This document shows positions 38,337 through 47,478 of a stretch of DNA of 64,000 nucleotides, one piece after another; the stretch's first letter is position 1; each line of letters opens with the position of its first letter. A program made the translations under genes and the position numbers. The notes under the pieces were generated by a model. The model was not told where the DNA came from. It saw only the letters and a list, made by a program, of their open reading frames with translations, and searched no databases. This DNA is from an uncultured Parvularculaceae bacterium (lineage in GTDB: Bacteria; Pseudomonadota; Alphaproteobacteria; Caulobacterales; Parvularculaceae): NCBI GenBank assembly GCA_947259375.1, contig CAMYLZ010000018.1, forward strand, positions 55,441-119,440, read 5' to 3'.

Positions 38337-39529
38337 GGGCGCGGCTCCGCATCGTCGCCGCGCGTCGGCGTCCACTGCTTGACGCTGTCGCGCCCCGCCT
38401 TGCCGAATACTTTCGCTTTCGCTGCGATGAACTGAATGCCTCCGCCAATCGCCGACGGCGGCAGGGCGTCGCGCCCATACGCAACCCAGCCGATGAATAA
38501 AGCAAGGCCGGTCAAAACAAGCGCCGAAATTCCAAGCGAGAACGCGCCGAAAAACCCTGTCGCCAGCCAGGTCGCGCAACCGAGCCCCGCCACGGCTCCA
38601 AGCATGGCGATAAACAAAGTCAGCGGCGGGATCATAAGGTCCGCCGCCGCGCCGATTAACCGCCAATTCCGTTGCTCAATCCCCTGCCTGATCAAGGCCA
38701 TGAACGACCGTGCGGCAAAGCGAACCGACCCGAGCGACCAACGCGCCGCCTGGCGGGTCATCGCCGCTTCTCCGGTCGGAAACAGGCTCGTCACGGCCGC
38801 ATCTTGCGCCAGCATCGGCGCCGCGCCGGCGCGCACCAGTTGCAAGGACAGCGCGAGGTCTTCGACAATCTCGCCGGATCCGACCTTCGCATGCTCAACC
38901 GTTCGCCACGGCGCAGCAAAACCGGACCCGGTAAAACGGGTCACGTCGAATATTCGCTGCAATCCGCTCATGCGCACTTTATTGATGAACAGCCAGGCGA
39001 ACTCCGCCGCCTGCCACCGCGGCCCGGCGCCGGCAGGCGCCTTCATCAGGTAAAGCGCTTGCACAGGACGGCCTTCCTGCGCGGCAAGGCCAGCGACCTT
39101 TTGCAAGGCGCCGTCATCAAACAGACAATCAGCATCTGCGAAGACGATGATCGCCGGCGGCGCCGCGCGCAACGCATCGATGGCGAATTGCAGCGCATAT
39201 CCCTTGCCGCGTGCTTCCGGCGCATTGCGCACCAGCACTTCAGCGCCATGCCGCAGGGCGGTTTCCGCAGTTTCATCAGTGCAATTATCCGCAACCACAA
39301 TCAAACGGTCGCGATCACGCAATTGAGCGCGAATATTATCGAGCGTCGGCGCAATGGTTCCCGCCTCGTTATGCGCCGGCACGACGATGGCAATCGGCCC
39401 GGCGCCGTCCGCCGCTGGTCGGAGCGTCACAGGCGCAAGCGCGGCGATCGCCTCGGCAAACAGGAGCCCTGCCAATGCGAGGCCCGCCATCGCAAGCCCT
39501 GTCGAGGTGATAATCAAAAATACGGACAT
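38333..39529 (-). CDS. Glycosyltransferase family 2 (membrane-anchored)
   Basis: VPAHNE, ADNCTD, GKGYAL, FADADC, EDLAL, RQAARW (QxxRW). Confidence 0.9.
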   Translation of the reverse strand: MSVFLIITSTGLAMAGLALAGLLFAEAIAALAPVTLRPAADGAGPIAIVVPAHNEAGTIAPTLDNIRAQLRDRDRLIVVADNCTDETAETALRHGAEVLVRNAPEARGKGYALQFAIDALRAAPPAIIVFADADCLFDDGALQKVAGLAAQEGRPVQALYLMKAPAGAGPRWQAAEFAWLFINKVRMSGLQRIFDVTRFTGSGFAAPWRTVEHAKVGSGEIVEDLALSLQLVRAGAAPMLAQDAAVTSLFPTGEAAMTRQAARWSLGSVRFAARSFMALIRQGIEQRNWRLIGAAADLMIPPLTLFIAMLGAVAGLGCATWLATGFFGAFSLGISALVLTGLALFIGWVAYGRDALPPSAIGGGIQFIAAKAKVFGKAGRDSVKQWTPTRGDDAEPRP

Positions 39530-39542
39530 GGGTGCTTGCCGT

Positions 39543-41672
39543 TCAGGGGCGGCTTGCGCCAAACCAATAACGCATTGCGCCGAGCAACTCGGGAAATTTT
39601 CCAAAAACAGAATAGAATCCGCGCCGCCAGGAAGCTGGCCGGAAAACGCCGCGGCGAAACACGCTGGCGAAAAACAGCAGCAAGTAAACAGCGAGCCCGG
39701 CGGCGACAACGCCGCCAGCCGCCACCGCCGCCGGCGTCAGCGGCGCGACCAGCGAGGCGGCAAACGCCGCTCCGCCGGCGAGCAGCGCCACGCCGAGCGG
39801 AAATACGCCGCCCCAGAAAACAGCGCGAAATGTCGGCGCAGCCCCATATCGCTCGGGCGGGCCGCCATGCAAGGAAACCGCATAAGCGTTGTCGAACCCA
39901 CGCCTCCGACAGGCGCGCCACCAACGTCCGACCGTCGGCCTTTGTTTTTCATATATCGCCATATCGGCTTCAAGCCGCCAGATATGCGCGCCGCGCCGGC
40001 GCTGGCGAATGCACAGATCCTCAAGATCGCACGACATCAAATCGCCACGAAAGCCGCCAGCCGCTTCGAACGACGCGGCGCGCACCAAAGCCGCGCCGCT
40101 CGCAGTCATGACGATTTCTCCGGGCTCGCCCAGCACTTTGGCGTCCTTGATGGATGAAAATTCCACCTTGTCGCCTGCGCCGCCGATGATCGCACCTTCA
40201 ACCATTGCGACTTCCGGACGCCGTTCGAGAAACCTCTCCGCTGTCGGCAGCCAGTCCGGATCGATGGCCGCGCCAGCCTCAATCAACTGAACATAATCGA
40301 GGCGCGAAGCCAGCCGTTTCAATTGCCGATAGCCGGCGTTGCGCGCCCGCCCGCCGGTTTGAAACGGTTTTCCATTATTTTCGACAACTACAGCGCCTGC
40401 ATTGCGGGCTTGCGAAAGCGCTTCGGGCATTTCAGCAAGCGGCGCAAAAATAATCGTCCGCCCCTCACGGGCCACGGAGCGGATGGTCGCCTCGGGCGAG
40501 ATTTCAGGATCTGCGCTGGTAATAACGACGCCCGTCGCCACCGCCGGCGCTGCGGCTGGCGTCTCCGATTCCCTTGACGGCGCCGGCGCCGGATCAGCCA
40601 GATCGACCGTCGCCGTCATGCTCACCGCCGCGGATGGCGCAAATTGATCAGGGGGCGATTTTTCATCCTGCGGCGGCGGCCCAACCATAGCGCGATCATG
40701 CGGGGTTGCCCTGAGGTCTGAAAAGCCGGACGCCGCAGCGTGCGACGCCTCTTGCGGGTCAAGCTGGTCGCTCAGCCGGGCGCCGCCGTTTGCAAACGCA
40801 TCCGGCCCTGCTTCTTCGTCCGCCGGGATTGGTCTTGCGCCGCCCTCATCCGACGCGATCCCGAAAACCCCGTAAGTCAGCTTGTCGCGAACGACATTGC
40901 GCACCGTTTCCACACCGACGACGCGATCCTCGGCGGAAAATGCGTATACCAGCGCAGTGTCCGCGATGATGTTGATCACCCGCGGCACGCCGCGTGACTG
41001 CTCAGCAATCAGATCAATGGCGCGTTCGGTGAAAATTCGCTGATGGCTGCCGGCGATCGACAGCCGTGTTTCGATATAGGCTTGCACCTCGTCACGGCTA
41101 AGCGGCGTCAGGTGAAAGTCCGAACCAACCCGCTGGGCGAGTTGTAACAGTTCGGGACGGTTGAGGAGCTCTTTAAGTTGCGGCTGGCCGACCAGTATCA
41201 ACTGCAGGAGCTGGTCCTTGCCGGCATTGATGTTGGACAAGAGCCGCAATTCCTCAAGCATGTCCATCGATAGGTTTTGCGCTTCGTCGATGATCAGGAC
41301 AATGCGCTTTCCCTTTGCGTATTCGCTTATGAAGAATGTCTGCAATTGCGAGAACAACCCGACATGACTGTTATCGTCAAATGGCTGGCCGAACGCCATC
41401 AGCACCCAACTCAGCAAATTTCCGCGCCCGGCCTGTACGTTGGAAAGCAGCGCGACTGTATGAGTGTCGGACAACTGGTCCAGCAGGCGATGGATGAGCG
41501 TGGTCTTGCCGCAGCCGACCTCTCCGGTAATTACGGAAATGCCCGCATGGTTGAGAACGCCGTATTCAAGCATCGCATAGGCGAGCCGATGCGTTCTCCC
41601 CCAGTAAAGAAACGACGGGTCCGGTTGGATTGAGAATGGTTTCTCCGAAAGGCCGAAAAACTGCTCATACAT
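39543..41672 (-). CDS. ExeA/PEP-CTERM-associated AAA ATPase fused to a degenerate GT2 domain
   Basis: MYEQFFGLSEKPF..QPDP, Walker A GEVGCGKT, Walker B IIDEAQ, LILVGQPQL, SRGVPRVIN; residues ~381-709 align with the GT2 at 37353-38336. Confidence 0.85.
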   Translation of the reverse strand: MYEQFFGLSEKPFSIQPDPSFLYWGRTHRLAYAMLEYGVLNHAGISVITGEVGCGKTTLIHRLLDQLSDTHTVALLSNVQAGRGNLLSWVLMAFGQPFDDNSHVGLFSQLQTFFISEYAKGKRIVLIIDEAQNLSMDMLEELRLLSNINAGKDQLLQLILVGQPQLKELLNRPELLQLAQRVGSDFHLTPLSRDEVQAYIETRLSIAGSHQRIFTERAIDLIAEQSRGVPRVINIIADTALVYAFSAEDRVVGVETVRNVVRDKLTYGVFGIASDEGGARPIPADEEAGPDAFANGGARLSDQLDPQEASHAAASGFSDLRATPHDRAMVGPPPQDEKSPPDQFAPSAAVSMTATVDLADPAPAPSRESETPAAAPAVATGVVITSADPEISPEATIRSVAREGRTIIFAPLAEMPEALSQARNAGAVVVENNGKPFQTGGRARNAGYRQLKRLASRLDYVQLIEAGAAIDPDWLPTAERFLERRPEVAMVEGAIIGGAGDKVEFSSIKDAKVLGEPGEIVMTASGAALVRAASFEAAGGFRGDLMSCDLEDLCIRQRRRGAHIWRLEADMAIYEKQRPTVGRWWRACRRRGFDNAYAVSLHGGPPERYGAAPTFRAVFWGGVFPLGVALLAGGAAFAASLVAPLTPAAVAAGGVVAAGLAVYLLLFFASVFRRGVFRPASWRRGFYSVFGKFPELLGAMRYWFGASRP

Positions 41673-41742
41673 GATGTTTTCGCTTCCAATCGGCCCTTGC
41701 GCCGTCGCATCCCTTACTGACTATCACGACAAACGCCGCCGA

Positions 41743-44157
41743 CTACATCCGGTCTAGCAGCGCCCGCACGTCATTTTCAAATATGAAGTCCGGGCCGCCA
41801 AGCCTCAGCGCCTCTTCAAGGCTTTCGCGGGCCGCTTCCTCGTCGCCGCTGGCGAATTGCGCGGCGCCAAGGTGATATCGCATTTCGGCGCTCTCGCCGA
41901 CGCCGGCCACCGCCTCGGCAAGATACTCAAGCGCCCGGTCATACTCACCGGAGCGATAATACGCCCAGCCGACCGTGTCGCGATAATAAGGGTTGTCGAG
42001 CGTTTCCAGGGTCTTCGCCACCTCAAGAGCGCGCGCGATGCTTGCGGCGTCCAAAAGCAGGTCGGAGGACAGGCTGACGAAATTGTTGGCGATAATACGA
42101 TCATTGGGACGCTCTTCGATCAGGTCCGAATAAATCGCCAATGCGCCTTGGCGGTCGCCGCGCTGGATCAGGACATCCGCCTTGAAAACCCGCATGGCGC
42201 TGTTTTCCGGCGCGGCCTGCAGACCGCGTTCAATCAACGCGGCGGCGTCTTCGAACCGCTCTTCGTCAAGATAATGCCGATAAACAAGCTCATAAGCTTC
42301 CGGACGCTCTGGCGCGACATCAATCGCCCGCTCCAGCGTCGCCAGATAGTCGTCATCATTATCGCGAGAATCATGAATGCGCGCCAACAGAAGATAGGCG
42401 GGATATTTGTCCGCATCGGAATTAATGATCCGGGTCAACAACGCTTCCGCGTCGTCCAGACGATCCGAGCGCATGTAAGCCGTCACCACTGCGGTCAGCG
42501 GCTGGCTTTCAAACGGAATTTTCTCCTCATTCGCTGCAAATGCATCAATAACGCCCTGATAGTCGCCAAGACCGATATAAGCGGCGGATTTGATCCTCGC
42601 CGCCAGAGCATCCTGATTGGCGACGTCTTCCAACAAGGCAGCGACTTCTTCCGCGCCGCGCCAGTCCTGCTTGGCAAGGCGAATGGAGGCAAGAAGTTTA
42701 AGGTTCTCCGTATCCCCCGGATGCGCCGCCAGCGAGTCCACCAGCACTTCCTCAGCCCGTTCTACATTGCGGCGGCGCAGGAGAAATCTTGAAAAACGCT
42801 GTGCGACGCCTGCCGCCCGATTACTCGTCTCGAAGGCTTTCGCCAATTCGGCCTGCGCAAAATTGAGATTGTCCTGTTTTTCGAACGCGGCCGCCATCAG
42901 CACCATGGCGTCATATTCATCCGGACTATTGTCCAGCGCCGAGCGAAGATTGACGACCGCCTGGTCATATTGAGCATCATCGATCTGCAATGCCGCCCGC
43001 TTGATTAATGCGGCTGTATTGCGCTCATCCGCCGCCAGAATTTCATCAATCAGGGCCCGCGCCTGATCTCGCTCGCCGTCTTTCAGCAACAAGACGGCGA
43101 TCTTGTTCTTGGCTTGAAATGCAATGTCGAGATTTTCGGATGCCGCAAGGCCGTCAAGAAGCGCGCGAGCGCTTTCGGCATCGTCTTCCTGCACATAAAA
43201 ATCCGCCAAGGCGAATTGCACTTTGGCATCGTCCGGATTGGCTTGCGCAAACGCCCGCAGCGTCGCTTCCGCCGCTTGAGCGCCTTCGATGCGATTGACG
43301 ATCCGCACGACATTGAGTTTTGCGTCGAGATTTTCCGGTTCAAGACCGGCGATCGCTTCCAATTGCTCGCGCGCCTGAGCGAGTTCGTCCCTTCGAATGA
43401 GCTCTTGTGTAAAAACCCGCCGATAGGCCGGTTCTTCAGGGAAGTTCTCGATAAGTTGCGCGTAAGCGTTCAATATCTCGGTCTCTCGGCCAAGCCGCTG
43501 GAGCGCGTGAATGCGCAATAACTGCAAAACCGCGATCTGCGGATTGATCTCAAGCGCCTTGTCGATTTCCGCCAGCGCCCCCTCGAAATCACCGTCTTGC
43601 GATTTTTGCGTCGCGAGGACGGTCACGGCCTCCGCGTTCGCCGGGTCTTCGGCCACGACGCCGCGTGCAATCTCAACAGCGCCCGCAGCATCGCCAATCT
43701 TCAAAAGCACTGCCGCTTTAAGCGAGCGCGCATCGACATTTTCCGCATCCAGCGCCAGCGCTTTTTCGGCTTTTTCGAGCGCCGATGTTTCATCGCTGCT
43801 CACGAGAAAGAGCTTGCCGAGTTTGATCTGCGCGTCGATTTGCGCCGGGTCGAGCCGCGCAACGCTTTGCAAAATCCCGAACATCGCCTTGAAGTCATTG
43901 CGCTGTTCAGCAATTTCCGCGAGCCCGACCAGCGACGGGATATGTTCCTCGTCGATCTTCAGGGCGTTTTGAAACTGGATATAGGCTTTCGGCAAATCAC
44001 CTGCTTCTAGATATTCCGCGCCATCCGTACTGTAACGCTCGACTTTCTGTTCAGGCGAGGCGCACGCGGCGGCCGCCAGCGCCATCGCCGATACAGCCGC
44101 AAATCTGAGATAGCCCGCTCGCTTGATCGAACCTTTCCGTTTGCCGATTGTCGTCAT
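41743..44157 (-). CDS. TPR-repeat lipoprotein, PrsT-like
   Basis: Basic N-region and lipobox LAAAAC, then TPR repeats along the whole length; ends RDTVGWAYY...YHLGAA. Confidence 0.85.
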   Translation of the reverse strand: MTTIGKRKGSIKRAGYLRFAAVSAMALAAAACASPEQKVERYSTDGAEYLEAGDLPKAYIQFQNALKIDEEHIPSLVGLAEIAEQRNDFKAMFGILQSVARLDPAQIDAQIKLGKLFLVSSDETSALEKAEKALALDAENVDARSLKAAVLLKIGDAAGAVEIARGVVAEDPANAEAVTVLATQKSQDGDFEGALAEIDKALEINPQIAVLQLLRIHALQRLGRETEILNAYAQLIENFPEEPAYRRVFTQELIRRDELAQAREQLEAIAGLEPENLDAKLNVVRIVNRIEGAQAAEATLRAFAQANPDDAKVQFALADFYVQEDDAESARALLDGLAASENLDIAFQAKNKIAVLLLKDGERDQARALIDEILAADERNTAALIKRAALQIDDAQYDQAVVNLRSALDNSPDEYDAMVLMAAAFEKQDNLNFAQAELAKAFETSNRAAGVAQRFSRFLLRRRNVERAEEVLVDSLAAHPGDTENLKLLASIRLAKQDWRGAEEVAALLEDVANQDALAARIKSAAYIGLGDYQGVIDAFAANEEKIPFESQPLTAVVTAYMRSDRLDDAEALLTRIINSDADKYPAYLLLARIHDSRDNDDDYLATLERAIDVAPERPEAYELVYRHYLDEERFEDAAALIERGLQAAPENSAMRVFKADVLIQRGDRQGALAIYSDLIEERPNDRIIANNFVSLSSDLLLDAASIARALEVAKTLETLDNPYYRDTVGWAYYRSGEYDRALEYLAEAVAGVGESAEMRYHLGAAQFASGDEEAARESLEEALRLGGPDFIFENDVRALLDRM

Positions 44158-44200
44158 CTAATTCTCCACCCTCATTGCGCCGGATGCCCGTGTGCCATCA

Positions 44201-44215
44201 TTAATGCGCCCTTAC
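44201..44215. promoter_or_regulatory. CtrA-like box TTAA-N7-TTAC
   Basis: ttaa-tgcgccc-ttac, 44 nt upstream of the TPR gene start. Confidence 0.5.
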
Positions 44216-44225
44216 AATCCTTGCC

Positions 44226-45452
44226 TTAGCTGGCAACCCGCTCTTTCGCGTCGCTGGCTTGCTGCTCGGCGCTCGCCGCCGCTCCGCAAGCATAATTCAT
44301 GCTGTTCAACCGTAACACGCGCCGCTGCGCCGGGCTGACCCCCTCCAAGGTGATCCGCTCGGCTCCAATGTGCTTTTCCAGCATCAAAAGCATTCCGAGA
44401 AACGCCCGATCAAACCGCGCGCCCGGCGCGAATACCAGCCGCACCGGGCGGTTCGCCGATGCCGCCTGCCGGAACGCGTCGCTCACCGGGGCGAGGCCCC
44501 TGCGCAAAAGGCGTCCGGAAAGTTCGATGCGCGATTCCGCAACGCCGAGCATGATGGCGGCGCCGGCCGGCGCCCCAGCGCCGCGACCGGCGCGTCCGAG
44601 TTGCGGCGCAACGCGCGTCAAAAACAAACCGGCCAGCGCGATCGCGTCCTCAAAATAACGCCGCCATAGTGACGGCTCTTCCTTGATGCGCCAGGCCCAT
44701 TCCAGTCCCAAATGCTGCAAGCGCCGCGGCGCGCGCGCGATGCCGCCCGCCGTAAAGTCAATCACCGCGCCAAGATGCGCCGTCACCGGCGCCATCAGTC
44801 GTTCGCGATTGCGCTCGATCCAAGCCTGCCCCTTTGCCGCGCCCAAGGCGACAATGACGAAATCCGGCGCCGTTGCATTGATATCGTTAATGACATCTTC
44901 TCCGCTCATGCTCTCCACATCGCCATAGCCCGGATTACGCCACCCAACCGCCTGTACGCCGTTTGATTCAGCATTGATCATCTTCGCCGCGGCTTCAGCG
45001 GCGCCGTCGCGCCCGCCGAAAAAGAATATTTTAAGCGGATGGCCGACAAAGGCGGGCCGCCGCCGCAACGCTTCGAACAGGTCGGAGCCGGCGACGCGCG
45101 TCGAAACCGGTATGCCCAGCAATCGCGCCATTAACACCAGCGGCCCGCCATCAATCAGGCTGAGATCGGCATTCAGGATCCGGCGCCGCTCCTGGCGGTC
45201 TCGCGCCGCGCGCACCAGCCAATTTACATTCGGCGTTACAAAAGACAGGCGGGCGCCGGAACGCACCGCAGTATCAATCGCCGCCACCGCCTGATTGATA
45301 TCGGCCATATCGACCGGCAGTCCCAACAAGCACCATACGTCGCGATCAAAATCATCGCGCCGCAAGGACGCGACGGGACCGCGCAACCTTGTCGTTGCGC
45401 CTGAGGCGGCGGACGCCTTGCTATTCGTCATGTCAGGCCGCGGCTCAGCCAT
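44226..45452 (-). CDS. WecB/TagA/CpsF glycosyltransferase with C-terminal STAS-like extension
   Basis: VTPNVN, LSLIDG, RVAGSDL, FFGG, IVALGAAKGQ.WI, GLEWAWR..EEP.LWRRY; ~95-aa tail. Start is 45452 or 45431. Confidence 0.87.
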   Translation of the reverse strand: MAEPRPDMTNSKASAASGATTRLRGPVASLRRDDFDRDVWCLLGLPVDMADINQAVAAIDTAVRSGARLSFVTPNVNWLVRAARDRQERRRILNADLSLIDGGPLVLMARLLGIPVSTRVAGSDLFEALRRRPAFVGHPLKIFFFGGRDGAAEAAAKMINAESNGVQAVGWRNPGYGDVESMSGEDVINDINATAPDFVIVALGAAKGQAWIERNRERLMAPVTAHLGAVIDFTAGGIARAPRRLQHLGLEWAWRIKEEPSLWRRYFEDAIALAGLFLTRVAPQLGRAGRGAGAPAGAAIMLGVAESRIELSGRLLRRGLAPVSDAFRQAASANRPVRLVFAPGARFDRAFLGMLLMLEKHIGAERITLEGVSPAQRRVLRLNSMNYACGAAASAEQQASDAKERVAS

Positions 45453-45540
45453 ATTTGTTTCGACGCCAATTCTCTGGGTTTGTGCATTCGCGGCGTTTCA
45501 GTCTGAGACCGGAAACACCGTTAATGAAACCTTGCTGCGA

Positions 45541-45555
45541 TTACCGCAATTCTAA
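45541..45555. promoter_or_regulatory. Weak CtrA-like box TTAC-N7-CTAA(C)
   Basis: Two mismatches; in the divergent tagA-like/exosortase intergenic region, with further TTAA half sites at 45521 and 45582. Confidence 0.3.
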
Positions 45556-45846
45556 CAGCAAAGCTGAGGCCATTTTTATCCTTAACACTCCCTTGGCCGG
45601 ATTTTATGGAGATTCGAACGCCCAGAGGGCCGGCGCCGCCGCCCCGGCGGCCGGGCGAAACGCGCCATGCACGCGGCCCGCCGTCACGCCTGAGGGAAGT
45701 TTTTTCACCGGTCTTTATTGCGAATACGCTTTGACGGATTGATCTACGGCGCCGTTTTTGCTGTCCTGCTACAAAGAATCCGACCGTAACGTCTTTATTT
45801 GGGGGGAGCGGACAGCGCCAGCATCCGCAAAAAGTGAATCGAATCT

Positions 45847-47472
45847 ATGACCAGCACGCCACCCGAAAAGGGGCCGCATTCGGGCTCATTCACCAAGCTT
45901 CGTCCTGCTTACCTTGTCGGCATGCTGTGCGCGGCGATTCTGTTCGCTTTTTTTGGTGGAATTGAGAATCTTTTCAAACGCTGGGGCGAACAGCAAGAGC
46001 TCAGCCATGGTTACTTCCTGCCCGTGATCACCAGCTGGATGCTCTGGTCGCGGCGCCAGGCGCTCACGCAAAGCGTCAGCCGCCCCGAATGGCTCGGCCT
46101 TGCCGGCGTCGCAATCGCCGCCATCGTGCTGATCTTGTCAGAACTGACCGTCACATCGCTGATGATCTTCCAACAGCTCGCCATGATCGCGCTGTTTTCG
46201 TCGCTGGCGCTGGCGCTTGGCGGTTGGGGTTTGTTCCGGCTGACCCTGCTTCCCGTCGGTTTCCTGCTGTTCATGGTGCCGCCGCCATATTGGGCGATCA
46301 CGGTACTGTCTCAGCAGTTCCAGCTATGGTCGTCGCAAATCGGCGTTGCGATGATCGAGATGTTCGGCATACCTGTGCTGCTGACCGGAAACATCATCGA
46401 CCTTGGCGATTACAAATTACAGGTCGCCGAGGCCTGCAGCGGCTTGCGGTATCTATTCCCATTTCTCAGCCTCGGTTTTCTCGCCGCCTATCTCTTCAAT
46501 GCGCCATTATGGCAGCGCGCGGTCGTTTTTATTTCGACAATTCCGATCACCATTCTCATGAACAGTTTCCGGATCGCCGTTACCGGCATCCTGGTGCAGC
46601 AATTCGGCGCCGAACATGCCGAAGGGTTCATTCATCTGTTCGAAGGCTGGGTGGTCTTCCTGTTCTGCTTGGCGCTTCTTTTCGGCCTCATCGCCGCGCT
46701 GGCGCGTTTTTCCGGGCGCAAGGATGTCAGCGCGCTACTCACCCTGCCGGAAATCAGCCCGATTAAAGCCGCCCACTCCTGGTCGGCGTCAGTATTCAAG
46801 AAATTCGCGCTGGCCTCTATCGCGATCATCGCCGCCGCCGGCGCCTATGTGCATTATGGCATTTCCAATGTCCTGAAAATTCCGGCGCGCGCAGATCTCG
46901 CCGCCCTCACTTACGAATTTCCCGGCTGGCGCACCGACATCGCCGAAGTCGACGCGCAAACCCTGGAAGTGCTCGGTGCGGACGATTACCTGATCACCAA
47001 TATGACCAGCCCTGAGGGCGAGCTGTTCAACCTTTATATCGCCTATATAAACATGCAGCGGCACGGCCATAGCTGGCACTCCCCGCGTCAATGCATTCCC
47101 GGCGGCGGATGGCAGATTACGCGTCACGACGTCGTTCCGATCACGCTCGAGACCGGCAGGACGTTCCATTACAACCGCATCATCATCGAGAATCGCGGCC
47201 AGCGTCAGCTTCTCTATTACTGGTACGATCAACGCGGGCGGAAAATTGCAAATGAATTCGTGATGAAGTTCATGCTGATCCTTGACGCGGTACGGATCCG
47301 ACGGACCGACGGCGCCATGATCCGCATCATGACCCCGATTACCACGAACGAGAGCCTTAATGAGGCCGATCAGCGCTTGCTCGGTTATATGCGCGAATTG
47401 CAGCCAAAGCTTCCAGCCTATATTCCGCCCGCCGACGCGCCGGCGACCCGGGAATTCGACCCTGGGGCGTAA
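45847..47472 (+). CDS. Exosortase with C-terminal EpsI domain (XrtD-like)
   Basis: W..QQELSHG, VAEACSGLRY (Cys), NSFRI (Arg), HAEGFIHLFEGW; EpsI part ADDYL, YIAY, HSPRQCIPGGGW, YYWY.QRGR, RRTDGAMIR. Confidence 0.9.
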   Translation: MTSTPPEKGPHSGSFTKLRPAYLVGMLCAAILFAFFGGIENLFKRWGEQQELSHGYFLPVITSWMLWSRRQALTQSVSRPEWLGLAGVAIAAIVLILSELTVTSLMIFQQLAMIALFSSLALALGGWGLFRLTLLPVGFLLFMVPPPYWAITVLSQQFQLWSSQIGVAMIEMFGIPVLLTGNIIDLGDYKLQVAEACSGLRYLFPFLSLGFLAAYLFNAPLWQRAVVFISTIPITILMNSFRIAVTGILVQQFGAEHAEGFIHLFEGWVVFLFCLALLFGLIAALARFSGRKDVSALLTLPEISPIKAAHSWSASVFKKFALASIAIIAAAGAYVHYGISNVLKIPARADLAALTYEFPGWRTDIAEVDAQTLEVLGADDYLITNMTSPEGELFNLYIAYINMQRHGHSWHSPRQCIPGGGWQITRHDVVPITLETGRTFHYNRIIIENRGQRQLLYYWYDQRGRKIANEFVMKFMLILDAVRIRRTDGAMIRIMTPITTNESLNEADQRLLGYMRELQPKLPAYIPPADAPATREFDPGA

Positions 47473-47478
47473 TTTTTG

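Noticed and set aside
44183-44197. TGGCAC on the minus strand upstream of the TPR gene as a sigma54 site
   Set aside because: No GC at the -12 position.
25503-45452. Labelling the WcaJ-like and TagA-like genes as holdfast hfsE/hfsJ
   Set aside because: Family membership alone is insufficient; no hfsDAB, hfsH or hfa genes are in the window.
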